In this document: positions 49,281-58,584 of the stretch, piece by piece
Position numbering within the stretch: position 1 is the stretch's first letter
How the letters are laid out: each line of letters begins with the position of its first letter
Assembly: GCA_036676395.1 (NCBI GenBank)
Contig: JAKFCY010000002.1
Location: 224,001 to 288,000 of the forward strand
Source: Bdellovibrio sp.
GTDB lineage: Bacteria; Bdellovibrionota; Bdellovibrionia; Bdellovibrionales; Bdellovibrionaceae
Length of the DNA: 64,000 nucleotides
Reading direction: 5' to 3'
The notes under the pieces: generated by a model
Seen by the model: only the letters and a program-made list of their open reading frames with translations
The model's database searches: none
What the model was told of the DNA's origin: nothing
Position numbers and translations under genes: made by a program

Positions 49281-49352
49281 TTAAGCGATCACGATGTGAG
49301 TTACGATAAGAGCAGCAAGTACAACCATTAATGACATATTTAAGTTATTCAT
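49281..49352 (-). CDS. 23-aa hydrophobic small protein MNNLNMSLMVVLAALIVTHIVIA
   Basis: AAGGGGA SD 8 nt before ATG; a single hydrophobic helix; the stop codon sits in a 22-bp palindrome. Confidence 0.5.
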   Translation of the reverse strand: MNNLNMSLMVVLAALIVTHIVIA

Positions 49353-49573
49353 AGGATTATTCCCCTTTCTTGGATCTATACATAGAACTATTTTTACGAC
49401 ATTTCCACTGTCATAATCCTGACAGGCATTAACTTCATGAAGTGACAAATATCGAAAATTAGATGTCATCTGATTAGACGATTGGCTTTCTATGCCCGTT
49501 AAAATTAAGCTCACTCTGGCCAGTAAACTGCTTTAATCCTTGCGGAACCTTAAAAGGGCTGAAGGACGTATTT

Positions 49574-51127
49574 GTGAAAAAGCTTGGAATTTATCTATTT
49601 TTAGCGATTTTATTGCAGAGTTTTACTGCCTCAGCAGATCTTTGGACTGTGACCCAACAGTGGTCGCCAGAGCTTGAAACTCAGTATCAAGAGTGGGTAA
49701 AAACACATGCAAAAGTCGACATGTTTTCGCGTGAATTTTTAGATACAAAAAAGACTGTTAAAAATCCTTATTACGGCATGACAACTGACTGTGCTGATAC
49801 GGTTTATGCTTTGCGGGTGATTTTTTCTTTCGAAAATGGCCTTCCGTGGGCCATTAGAAATCCAGCAAATCCCAGAAAAGTTATCGCACAATCGATGACA
49901 CGTTTTGATAGTTACCCAGAGGGTGTTGCGCGCTTGCGTGCTTTTTTTAATATGCTATTTGATATCGTAAGCACAACAAGTTTACAGCACGACACGTATC
50001 CTGTTTCGATTAATAAAATTCACCCAGGTGTGATTATCTTAACTGCGAAAATCAATCATCACTCATGGACAATTGCAGGCATCGACGCTAAAGGAAATCC
50101 CCGTTTAGTGTATAATTCGGTTGTTGGTAAGGCGTCAGGTTCTAAATTACAACAGCGTTCAAGCTGGCCAAACCCGTTCTGGGTTTTCCAGCCAGATGAA
50201 AAGTTAACTGATCCAAATGATCCATTGTCGGCAAAATTTAAAGTTCCGGTCTATGTACCTGACAGTTACGCGGGATTTCGCTACTGGATCCCGGTTGATA
50301 AATTAACAACTGACATGCGCTTACTTCCTGAATACAGCAATGATCAGTACGAGCTAGATTTAAAATCGTGGAAACAAACTATTCAAACTAAATTAGCGAC
50401 TAAAAAAGAATCTCTACAAGAAGTGGTAGAACGTCTACTAAAAGATGCTTGTGACGATGTTAAGCAGCGTATCACAGCAGTTGAAGAAGCTGATCACTAT
50501 AGAAAATTATTAAAACAAGCCCAAGAAAAAGAAGCTAGTTTAATTCTAGCCAAAGCTAGCATGCTGCCGATTACCGAAAATGATCAAGACTTATTAGATA
50601 TTTTAAAAGAATACAATGCTGATAAAAATACTCTGGCTAATCCGCAGTGTTTAACAGCAAAACAATACGACCAGCTTTCTACGCCAAGCCGTGATAAACG
50701 TTTATTTGATGCGGTGATGTTAGCGCGCGCTTACTTTGTACACGCAATGGAAGCCGGTGGCACAAAAGCATTCAGCGTTATTCGGTTAAAACAGTTTAAA
50801 AGAATTTTTGCTCATCATGATAAACCTGCACGCGTTGAATCCGATTTAGCAACAGCTCCGATCGCCGCCGGTGAACTTTCAATTTGTCGTGTAAAAATCG
50901 GTAAAGAAACTTTAGACATGGCTGAAATTAAACGCCGCTTATTTAAAAGTTACCTTTCTTCGAATCCGAATGAAGATTTACTTGGCCGCTGGGGCGGTCG
51001 CGCAGATAAGCCATCAGAACTAGCGGCTAGCTGTTCGACTTACGGCGAAGTTTATAAGGCGTATGATTTAGATCAGGCCGAAGTTGAAGCACAGCATGAA
51101 ATTCAAACTTTTAAAGGTATGAACTAA
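49574..51127 (+). CDS. Hypothetical secreted protein, possible papain/NlpC-like Cys-His hydrolase
   Basis: Signal peptide; TDCAD and NHHSW motifs; AAGGA SD before GTG. Confidence 0.7.
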   Translation: MKKLGIYLFLAILLQSFTASADLWTVTQQWSPELETQYQEWVKTHAKVDMFSREFLDTKKTVKNPYYGMTTDCADTVYALRVIFSFENGLPWAIRNPANPRKVIAQSMTRFDSYPEGVARLRAFFNMLFDIVSTTSLQHDTYPVSINKIHPGVIILTAKINHHSWTIAGIDAKGNPRLVYNSVVGKASGSKLQQRSSWPNPFWVFQPDEKLTDPNDPLSAKFKVPVYVPDSYAGFRYWIPVDKLTTDMRLLPEYSNDQYELDLKSWKQTIQTKLATKKESLQEVVERLLKDACDDVKQRITAVEEADHYRKLLKQAQEKEASLILAKASMLPITENDQDLLDILKEYNADKNTLANPQCLTAKQYDQLSTPSRDKRLFDAVMLARAYFVHAMEAGGTKAFSVIRLKQFKRIFAHHDKPARVESDLATAPIAAGELSICRVKIGKETLDMAEIKRRLFKSYLSSNPNEDLLGRWGGRADKPSELAASCSTYGEVYKAYDLDQAEVEAQHEIQTFKGMN

Positions 51128-51187
51128 AGTCCAGATTAAAGATGTAACCTCTGGGGAAATTCTCATGACTTCGATAAACTAGAGGTC

Positions 51188-52291
51188 ATGAAGTATTTAT
51201 TATTTTACACGATGGTTTTACTTTCGACTGCGGTCAAAGCTGAGATCGTCGAATTCAAATTACAAACTGAAAATCAAGCCTGCAAAGGTCTTTCACAAGT
51301 TGTCATCACTCAGGATAAAGTGGTGTTGTATCAACTTGAAGTTCCAATGTATGGAACGGGCCAAATCCACTTACTCACTGGCAACTACCAAATCGATGTG
51401 ATCAATAAAGCAGGTTGCACTTATCAGAACATCATTCAAATTTCTGATCTGCCAAATAAATTAATCGACGTAAAATTAGAAATGCAACCGCGTAAGCCTG
51501 CAATGACTTTAGAAGCTTCGGGCGGCATGGGTCAGGGCTTTAATCCGATGAGCTATAATTTATGGCCGTCACCCTGGTGGGGTGGTTGGGGTTATAACCA
51601 ATTCAACACGCCATTTTATTCTCCGTGTGGTTGGAGCATGTATGGCTGTAGTGGCAACTCTTACCCGCACAGTGGCAATATCGCTATGGGAAAACCAAAT
51701 ATTTATTTTAGTGGAAAAGATGAAGGTAAATTTAAATTAAAATTTACCGACGATAATTTTAACTTTTTAGCCACAGTGCCTTCATTTAAGGGAAAAGAAA
51801 TTGGTGGCGAACTTCGTAAAGGCAGTATCTATTCAGAAAACACCTGGTATCCGTATTTATTTTACGATGCCCGTATTAGCGATGACCACTTACAAAATAA
51901 CCAAGGTTTTTGCGGAACCCGCAAAGAAATCTTTCAATTTATGATGGAAGGTTTAAAAAAATATGAGTTTCCAAACGAAGCCAGAACCGATTTTGCCGAA
52001 TACTGGTCAGTAAAAATTCCTGAAGCCCTACGCTACTGCGTTTTTCCACAAGCCAGTGCACAGTTAGATAAAGCGGCGCCACTAGAAATTACTTTTGATG
52101 ATAAATCACAAGTGCGCACTGAACGATTATTCTATTTGGTGATTCCCCAAGATTACAAAGGTAAACGAATTCCTGCTAAGTCGAACAAATTCTCTGATAA
52201 ACCAAAAAATCAATGGAAGCACTATTCGCGCACCGTGATTCCAAAGGTCGCTTACATCTATGAATGGGGAGTCGGTTTTATTTTCGAATAG
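51188..52291 (+). CDS. Hypothetical secreted protein
   Basis: Signal peptide; low-complexity G/W/Y linker; C-terminal domain with KPNIYF, YPYLFYD, DFAEYW and EWG. Confidence 0.75.
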   Translation: MKYLLFYTMVLLSTAVKAEIVEFKLQTENQACKGLSQVVITQDKVVLYQLEVPMYGTGQIHLLTGNYQIDVINKAGCTYQNIIQISDLPNKLIDVKLEMQPRKPAMTLEASGGMGQGFNPMSYNLWPSPWWGGWGYNQFNTPFYSPCGWSMYGCSGNSYPHSGNIAMGKPNIYFSGKDEGKFKLKFTDDNFNFLATVPSFKGKEIGGELRKGSIYSENTWYPYLFYDARISDDHLQNNQGFCGTRKEIFQFMMEGLKKYEFPNEARTDFAEYWSVKIPEALRYCVFPQASAQLDKAAPLEITFDDKSQVRTERLFYLVIPQDYKGKRIPAKSNKFSDKPKNQWKHYSRTVIPKVAYIYEWGVGFIFE

Positions 52292-52349
52292 TGCCAGGCC
52301 GTCTTTCTGGTCGCAGAGCAACAAGAAAGACGGCCTGGCACCTTTTTTT
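52291..52349 (+). terminator. Long GC-rich hairpin terminator / REP-like palindrome
   Basis: Perfect 18-bp inverted repeat GTGCCAGGCCGTCTTTCT / AGAAAGACGGCCTGGCAC followed by CTTTTTTT. Confidence 0.75.
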
Positions 52350-55047
52350 ACTGAAAGCGGGTTAAAGCTTCTTTAAGTGAAACTGCCTGAACTTTTGATT
52401 GCGCCAACAATAATCTGTCAGCCGCAATTACATCTTCATCAGCATTAGCTACAAACTTCTCGTTGGATAATTTGTTCGTAAGTAAGTTGATGTCTTTATC
52501 AAGCTTTTCGATGGTTTTTTGAATACGTTTTAGCTCTTCATCAAAATCGACTAAACCTTCAAGCGGGATAATCACTTTCACTTGTGTGTCTTTTACCGAT
52601 ACCGAAGTTACGGCACATTTCATTAAATCGCCATCAGCGCCGATATCTAAAGTTTCTAAACGACCGATCGTCATTAGCGCGGTACGGTTTTCGCTTAACG
52701 TTTTTTGAACAGCCTCATCAGTTACGCCCAGACGAACTTTAAGTTTAATAGCCGGGCTAATGCGGTTTTCACCGCGAATATTACGCATTGCTGTGATTAC
52801 TTCTTTAACGATATCAATTTCGTGCTCTGCTTTTTTACTGCCGAACGCTAAGAATTCACGATCATTAGCCGGTGTTGGGTAATTATCAATAATGCAGGCT
52901 TCTGCTTTTAACGGAAGTTTGGCATAGATCTCTTCAGTGATAAACGGGCAGAACGGGTGCAGAAGTCTTACGATGCGATTTAAAACATGCGCCATCACTA
53001 ATTGCGTCGCTTGTTTTTGTTCGGCGTTTTGGCCAGCCATAATTGGCTTTGAAAATTCAATGTACCAATCACAGAATTGATTCCAGATAAATTGATAAAG
53101 TTCTAAAGCGGCTTCAGAGAACTTTTCGCCCTCTAAGGCTTCTTGCACTTTTTTCTCGGTATCGCCTAGTTTTGAAATAATCCATTGGTCAAATACGCTG
53201 ATATTCGCTTTAGCTGGCATAGCTTTAAGGCCTTCAGCTGGAATCTGCATATCAGAAATGTTTGATAAGACAAAACGAGACGCATTCCAAACTTTATTCA
53301 TAAAGTTACGGTAGCCCTCTAAACGTTGTTCAGAGAATTTAAAATCTTTACCGCTAAATAAATGCGCTAAGAAACTAAAACGTAAAGCATCAGCTCCGTA
53401 TTTATCGATCATTTCAATTGGATCAATCGAGTTACCTAAAGATTTAGACATCTTACGGCCTTGAGCATCGCGAACTAATCCGTGAACATAAACTGTTCTA
53501 AACGGAACATCTTTTTTAAACTCAACGCCCATGACAATCATTCTAGCCACCCAGAAGAAAATAATGTCGTGCCCCGTAACTAAGTAATTTGTTGGGTAAA
53601 ACGTTTTTTGTGTTTCAACAGAGTGTTGATCTTCATTTGGCCAACCCATTGTTGAAAATGGCCAAAGGGCAGATGAAAACCAAGTGTCCAACACATCTTC
53701 TTCCTGAGAAATTTTTGTGCTGTTGCAGTGATCGCAGTGAGTCGGCGTAGTTTCAGCAACCGTGTGCTTTTCGCAATCATGGCAGTGCCACGCGGGAATA
53801 CGATGTCCCCACCATAATTGGCGTGAGATACACCAGTCTTCAATAATATTCATCCAGTGAAGATAAACTTTTGTCCACGATTCTGGTTCAAAACGGATAG
53901 TGCCAGATTCAACCACACGTTTTGCAGGAACAGCGAGCTCTTCCATTTTAAGAAACCATTGCTCAGACATAAATGGTTCAACGATAGCGTCTGTACGCGA
54001 ACAGTGACCCACTGAATGCATGTGTGGTTCTTCTTTAACTAATAGGCCTTGTGCTTTTAAGTCTTCACAAACTTTTTTGCGAGCTTCTATAACTTTTAAA
54101 CCCTGGTAAGGACCAGCGTTTTCATTCAATAGAGTTTTTTTAGTTAAAATATTAATAAATTCTAATTTGTGAGTTTTACCGATTTTGTAATCGTTAAAAT
54201 CATGGGCTGGAGTAATTTTCACCACACCTGAACCAAACGCAAGATCTACATAAGTGTCAGCGATGATTTTAATTTTACGATTGATCAACGGAACAGTTAC
54301 AGTTTTTCCGATCAAGTGTTGGTAACGAGTATCGTCCGGGTGAACACATAATGCTGTATCACCTAACATGGTTTCTGGACGAGTCGTAGCTACAGTTAAC
54401 ATTTCACCAGTGCTATCAACAGGATAGTTGATGTGGTAAAGAGTACCTTTAACTTGTTTGTGTTCAACTTCTAGATCAGAAATTGCAGACTCTAACGGGC
54501 CTGACCAATTGACTAAACGTTGACCTTTGTAGATTAAATTCTTTTTATATAAAGAAACAAAAGTTTTACGAACGGCTTTTGAAACGCCTTCATCTAATGT
54601 GAAAGTTGCGCGTTCCCAATCACATGAATCACCTAAACGACGCATTTGATTGTAAATACGATCGCCGTATTCATGTTTCCATTGCCAAACTTTTTCTACG
54701 AATTTTTCGCGGCCTAAATCATGACGGGTAACGCCGCCGTTTTTCTTTAATTCTTTTTCAACTACGGTTTGCGTAGCAATCCCTGCGTGATCTGTTCCTG
54801 GTAACCACATGGCATTGAAGCCAGACATACGCTTCCAGCGGATTAACAAATCTTGAATGGTGTGATCAAGTGCATGGCCTAAATGTAAAAAGCCAGTGAC
54901 GTTTGGAGGAGGTAAAATAATAGAAAACGGAGGTTTTGTTGATTGATCTTGGGCTTTGAAATAGCCTTTGTCTTCCCACTGTTTGTAAACAGTAGCTTCA
55001 ACGTCTTGTGGATTATATCTATCGGCCAATGTAGTTGGATTTGTCAT
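52348..55047 (-). CDS. valS: Valine-tRNA ligase
   Basis: PPPNVTG, HLGH, DWCISRQLWWGH, DTWFSS and KMSKS motifs; C-terminal coiled coil. Confidence 0.98.
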   Translation of the reverse strand: MTNPTTLADRYNPQDVEATVYKQWEDKGYFKAQDQSTKPPFSIILPPPNVTGFLHLGHALDHTIQDLLIRWKRMSGFNAMWLPGTDHAGIATQTVVEKELKKNGGVTRHDLGREKFVEKVWQWKHEYGDRIYNQMRRLGDSCDWERATFTLDEGVSKAVRKTFVSLYKKNLIYKGQRLVNWSGPLESAISDLEVEHKQVKGTLYHINYPVDSTGEMLTVATTRPETMLGDTALCVHPDDTRYQHLIGKTVTVPLINRKIKIIADTYVDLAFGSGVVKITPAHDFNDYKIGKTHKLEFINILTKKTLLNENAGPYQGLKVIEARKKVCEDLKAQGLLVKEEPHMHSVGHCSRTDAIVEPFMSEQWFLKMEELAVPAKRVVESGTIRFEPESWTKVYLHWMNIIEDWCISRQLWWGHRIPAWHCHDCEKHTVAETTPTHCDHCNSTKISQEEDVLDTWFSSALWPFSTMGWPNEDQHSVETQKTFYPTNYLVTGHDIIFFWVARMIVMGVEFKKDVPFRTVYVHGLVRDAQGRKMSKSLGNSIDPIEMIDKYGADALRFSFLAHLFSGKDFKFSEQRLEGYRNFMNKVWNASRFVLSNISDMQIPAEGLKAMPAKANISVFDQWIISKLGDTEKKVQEALEGEKFSEAALELYQFIWNQFCDWYIEFSKPIMAGQNAEQKQATQLVMAHVLNRIVRLLHPFCPFITEEIYAKLPLKAEACIIDNYPTPANDREFLAFGSKKAEHEIDIVKEVITAMRNIRGENRISPAIKLKVRLGVTDEAVQKTLSENRTALMTIGRLETLDIGADGDLMKCAVTSVSVKDTQVKVIIPLEGLVDFDEELKRIQKTIEKLDKDINLLTNKLSNEKFVANADEDVIAADRLLLAQSKVQAVSLKEALTRFQ

Positions 55048-55066
55048 AGCTATCTAAGATAGCAAT

Positions 55067-55396
55067 TTAGCCTCGGTCAGTCACCATTTGCTGATAACCG
55101 CCATCAATTAGATAGACGTTTGTATAACCTTTTTTTTCTAAACTATTCGCGATGCGCTCAGATTGCTTGCCATCAGGGCATAATAATAAAAGGGCAAAGT
55201 CTTTGGGGATCTTGCGGTCGTCTAATTCTTGCTGGAGCTGGCTTTCGGTAGTCATGACCTGCCAAGCTTCGACATGCATTTTTTGAATCGAAGAATACCA
55301 AGGGGCAATATCGGTTCCAAAATTAAAGAACATAAAGGGAACGCGGTTTTCGATCAGATTATTTAATTGGTAATAGCCGATTTTATTAAAACTCAT
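55067..55396 (-). CDS. Rhodanese-like domain protein
   Basis: LLLCPDGKQS and GYTNVYLIDGG motifs. Confidence 0.8.
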   Translation of the reverse strand: MSFNKIGYYQLNNLIENRVPFMFFNFGTDIAPWYSSIQKMHVEAWQVMTTESQLQQELDDRKIPKDFALLLLCPDGKQSERIANSLEKKGYTNVYLIDGGYQQMVTDRG

Positions 55397-56622
55397 ACGT
55401 TTACCTTTTTCGCATGATCTGGAAGATCTTTAAAAATCATAAAAATAATCGTTAATGCAAATAACGTGAAAGCACCAGCCAATAAAAATGGAGATCCTTT
55501 GAACGCGCTTTGTAGCAAAAAGCCGCCAATCGGTGGCCCAATGACTCGGCCTAACGCCGATAAACTTTGCGTGGTTCCCATAGCTAAGCCTTGTTCTTCT
55601 GGCGGAACAAGAAGTGAAACACTTCCCATAAAGGCAGGGTTTGTTAAGCCGTGACCTAACGATAACAGCGTCATCGTAATACCCATCGCCGGAATACTTG
55701 GTGCAAATGCAATTCCTGCAAGCCCTAAACCTAATAAAAGTAACCCCAGGCAAAGAACTTTCTTTTCGCCCACTTTAGGTAAAAGACGGCGCACTAAAAA
55801 GCCTTGCGTGAAAACAATGATTACGCCGATATAAGCAAATCCAAAACTGACTTCTTTGATGTTCCAGTTAAAAATTTCTTTCATGTACAGCACCAAAGAA
55901 GATTCCATTAAAGCCATCGCCAGTGTTGCTAGCGCAAAGCAGGTCATCAGGGGGCCAACAGTTTTGGTTTTAAAATAACGAGCTAAGTGTGATAGCTTTT
56001 TTTGTTTTTCAGCGCTGTTCTTAGCGCGTGTTTCTGGGCTGATAGATTCTTTTAAATTAAAGTAAGCAAAAATAAATGTAAATAAACACAATAAAGCTAC
56101 GCCGAAAGAAGAAAAGCCTGCGATAAAGCCCATGTCTGTAGACATTGTCTCGGCCCAAATAGTTAAGCCGCCACCGATCGCTGGTCCGAATAAAAATCCT
56201 AAACCAAAAGCAACGCCGATCACGGCCATACCTTTAGATCTATTTTCTGGAGTCGTCACATCTGAAACATAAGCCGATGCGGTTGAGATTGAAGCTCCGA
56301 AAAAACCGGTTAAAATACGCGCAACAAAAAGCATTTCTATTGAACGCGAATAGGCCAGTACCAAATAAGAAATCATTTCGCCCAAAAGGCAGTACATTAA
56401 AATAGGTCTGCGGCCGTAGCGATCTGATAGTTTTCCCCAAAACGGAGCAAAGATAAATTGCATCAATGAGTAAGACGCCATTAGTAAGCCCGCGATCCAA
56501 GGGGTTGCGCCGTAGTGAACACTTAAAAGCGGAATCACTGGAATGATCATTCCAAAACCTAAAAGGTAAATGAAAACTGTGAAAAATATTACGATAAGTG
56601 GTTTTGAATTTGGGTTGCTCAT
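55393..56622 (-). CDS. MFS transporter, TetA/DHA1 family
   Basis: WGKLSDRYGRRP motif A, GF..GPAIGG motif C, about 12 TM helices. Confidence 0.92.
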   Translation of the reverse strand: MSNPNSKPLIVIFFTVFIYLLGFGMIIPVIPLLSVHYGATPWIAGLLMASYSLMQFIFAPFWGKLSDRYGRRPILMYCLLGEMISYLVLAYSRSIEMLFVARILTGFFGASISTASAYVSDVTTPENRSKGMAVIGVAFGLGFLFGPAIGGGLTIWAETMSTDMGFIAGFSSFGVALLCLFTFIFAYFNLKESISPETRAKNSAEKQKKLSHLARYFKTKTVGPLMTCFALATLAMALMESSLVLYMKEIFNWNIKEVSFGFAYIGVIIVFTQGFLVRRLLPKVGEKKVLCLGLLLLGLGLAGIAFAPSIPAMGITMTLLSLGHGLTNPAFMGSVSLLVPPEEQGLAMGTTQSLSALGRVIGPPIGGFLLQSAFKGSPFLLAGAFTLFALTIIFMIFKDLPDHAKKVNV

Positions 56623-56686
56623 ATTAGCCGATCTAGACCTTTGTCTTCTGCTTTTCATATATAAACTCGGTTACACTGGTGTGGCT

Positions 56687-57889
56687 ATGAAAAAAACATC
56701 AAATACACTGCGTTCTAAGATTAATTTTGTCGTCTTAACGATGACACTTTTTTCAACTGCTCAAAGCTGGGCGTTTTTTGATCCCTATCAGGTGTATCGC
56801 CAGCAAAGATTCGATTTGGCCGTAGATGCCCAATTTTATAAAACCACAGCCAATTTTGATTCAGGTGGTGAAAAAATCGACTTACCTTTTGAAAATAGCT
56901 TTCAAATTATCGATGTGAATCCCCAATTACGCTGGGGGATGTTTCGTGACCTTGGGGTTCGTTTAGGCACTAACATTGGTTCTTCTGAATCCGTTGACCC
57001 AATTAATACACGCAATAATTCTACCGTAAATCGTGTCGATGTCGGTGCCGATTACCAATTATTAAATTATGAATCTTTCCAAACGATCGTCGATTTTGAA
57101 TATTCTCATCCTATGGAAAAAGTCGACGTCGCTACTGATTCTTCATTAAACAGTAACGGGGCTTCTGAAATTAAACCAACGCTGATCATGAGAATGGATT
57201 TAGGAAGTTTTTATCCGTACGCTTATTTGGGCGCAAACATTCGCAATGAAGGCTTATCAACATTATTAACTTATGGTGTGGGCGGGGAATTTCGCTTTTC
57301 AGAATTAGGATTAGGCGCCGTTGTTGAAGGTTTTAGTTCTGTTAAAGATGATGAATTCACTAATTCAGCTTCACGCCGTGATTTAATCACGACACGAGTG
57401 AATGGTGGCAGTAAAAAGTTTTATTCAATTAATCCAAATGCATTAGCCGCAGAAGTATTTTTAAATTTTGCGATGACAGAATGGATTAAGTTTAAAGCTT
57501 ACGGTGGAGCGGATGTAACAGGGTCAAATACCTCACAAGGATTTTTTGTCGGTGGTGCGCTGACATTGACTCTTGATTATGGCAATGGCAGTGATGATCT
57601 TGAAGAACAACGTGTGATTCGTCGTTCGCAGCGCCCGGCAAAGAAAGTAAAAAAACCAGTCGATAACGGTTTCAAAGAAAGCACTGATGATGGCGTAGAT
57701 CAAAATTATTTTAAATCTGTAGATCCAAGTAATGATGATTACGTGCAACCCATTGAAGAAGAAGAACAGCAGGCAGTACCCCAAAATGGAACCAGTTCTA
57801 GTGTTAATCCAAGTACACAAGGCGATTTGGATCAACTCGGTTACCAAATCAAATTAAAGAAACTTAAAAAGAAAAAGAAAAATCAGTAG
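56687..57889 (+). CDS. Putative outer-membrane beta-barrel protein with an acidic then poly-Lys tail
   Basis: Signal peptide (…QSWA), alternating amphipathic strands, disordered C-terminus. Confidence 0.7.
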   Translation: MKKTSNTLRSKINFVVLTMTLFSTAQSWAFFDPYQVYRQQRFDLAVDAQFYKTTANFDSGGEKIDLPFENSFQIIDVNPQLRWGMFRDLGVRLGTNIGSSESVDPINTRNNSTVNRVDVGADYQLLNYESFQTIVDFEYSHPMEKVDVATDSSLNSNGASEIKPTLIMRMDLGSFYPYAYLGANIRNEGLSTLLTYGVGGEFRFSELGLGAVVEGFSSVKDDEFTNSASRRDLITTRVNGGSKKFYSINPNALAAEVFLNFAMTEWIKFKAYGGADVTGSNTSQGFFVGGALTLTLDYGNGSDDLEEQRVIRRSQRPAKKVKKPVDNGFKESTDDGVDQNYFKSVDPSNDDYVQPIEEEEQQAVPQNGTSSSVNPSTQGDLDQLGYQIKLKKLKKKKKNQ

Positions 57890-57905
57890 GACGCTTCGTG
57901 GCTAT

Positions 57906-57933
57906 TTGCCACAGTAGCCTTTCTTATTACAAT
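57906..57933 (+). promoter_or_regulatory. Sigma70-type promoter
   Basis: TTGCCA-16 nt-TACAAT. Confidence 0.6.
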
Positions 57934-58006
57934 CATAACAAAATAAATAATGACAAGTTTTATAAGCCTTGATAGCTTGTCTCTATTCTATTGAAAGGAG
58001 AATCAC

Positions 58007-58090
58007 ATGATTACAAATATTAATACGCACGCCTTAGAGCAAACATTAGCCGTCGAAATGTCCGATTCTCCTATGGCACATCAATTCTAG
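58007..58090 (+). CDS. 27-aa small ORF MITNINTHALEQTLAVEMSDSPMAHQF
   Basis: AAAGGAG SD 6 nt before ATG; the SD is complementary to GATTCTCCT inside the ORF. Confidence 0.4.
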   Translation: MITNINTHALEQTLAVEMSDSPMAHQF

Positions 58091-58259
58091 CAGTCTTGCC
58101 AGAATACAAAAGAGAATCCAAACAAATTTAAAGAATGAATCGCGATAATTAACATTATCGTCAAAGCTCATTGTGGCTTTTTCATTCTAAAATTTCAAAA
58201 AAACAGATCAATTATTTTTATTTAACCGCACTCGGAAACGAGGGCAAAAAGGATATTTT

Positions 58260-58511
58260 ATGAAAAATGCTAAAAATTATTTAGCAGTGTACGAAAATTG
58301 GGAAAACTCAAACGCGGAGGAGCTTTGGCGCCTTTGGAAAAGCGTTCTAAAGTGTATTAGCCTGATCGCTTACTCATTTCACGCTATCGTGAAACTAGCG
58401 ATCGGGTTTTTATTAAATTCTAATTATTTAGTTAAGCACAACGAATTCGGAAAACTACCAGAAGAAATTTCTGGTAGTTTTTCTAACAATCAGAACTGGT
58501 ATCGTAACTAA
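58260..58511 (+). CDS. 83-aa hypothetical ORF, doubtful because it overlies strong RNA helices
   Basis: AAGGA SD; no recognisable motif. Confidence 0.3.
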   Translation: MKNAKNYLAVYENWENSNAEELWRLWKSVLKCISLIAYSFHAIVKLAIGFLLNSNYLVKHNEFGKLPEEISGSFSNNQNWYRN

Positions 58512-58534
58512 TACCAGTTCTGATTTCTTTTTTT
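58488..58534 (+). terminator. Intrinsic terminator
   Basis: Perfect 15-bp stem AATCAGAACTGGTAT / ATACCAGTTCTGATT followed by TCTTTTTTT. Confidence 0.85.
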
Positions 58535-58584
58535 ATGTCGGACAAGGGAGGGACGATGAAGTATGTATTTTATTTTTGTAAGAA

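Larger units (their letters stand above)
57940..58534 (+). ncRNA. Candidate large structured RNA (may be dual-function)
   Basis: About ten helices in series between a promoter and a terminator; G-U pairs favour the + strand. Confidence 0.5.

Noticed and set aside
49353..49514. Upstream extension of the small ORF (77-aa version in the track)
   Set aside because: A strong SD precedes the internal ATG at 49352 and the extension looks non-coding.
58224..58252. c-di-GMP-I riboswitch (GAAA tetraloop hairpin followed by GCAAA)
   Set aside because: The upstream GGCAAA, the GACGCAAA junction and the second stem with a tetraloop receptor are missing. Kept only as one helix of the larger structured RNA.
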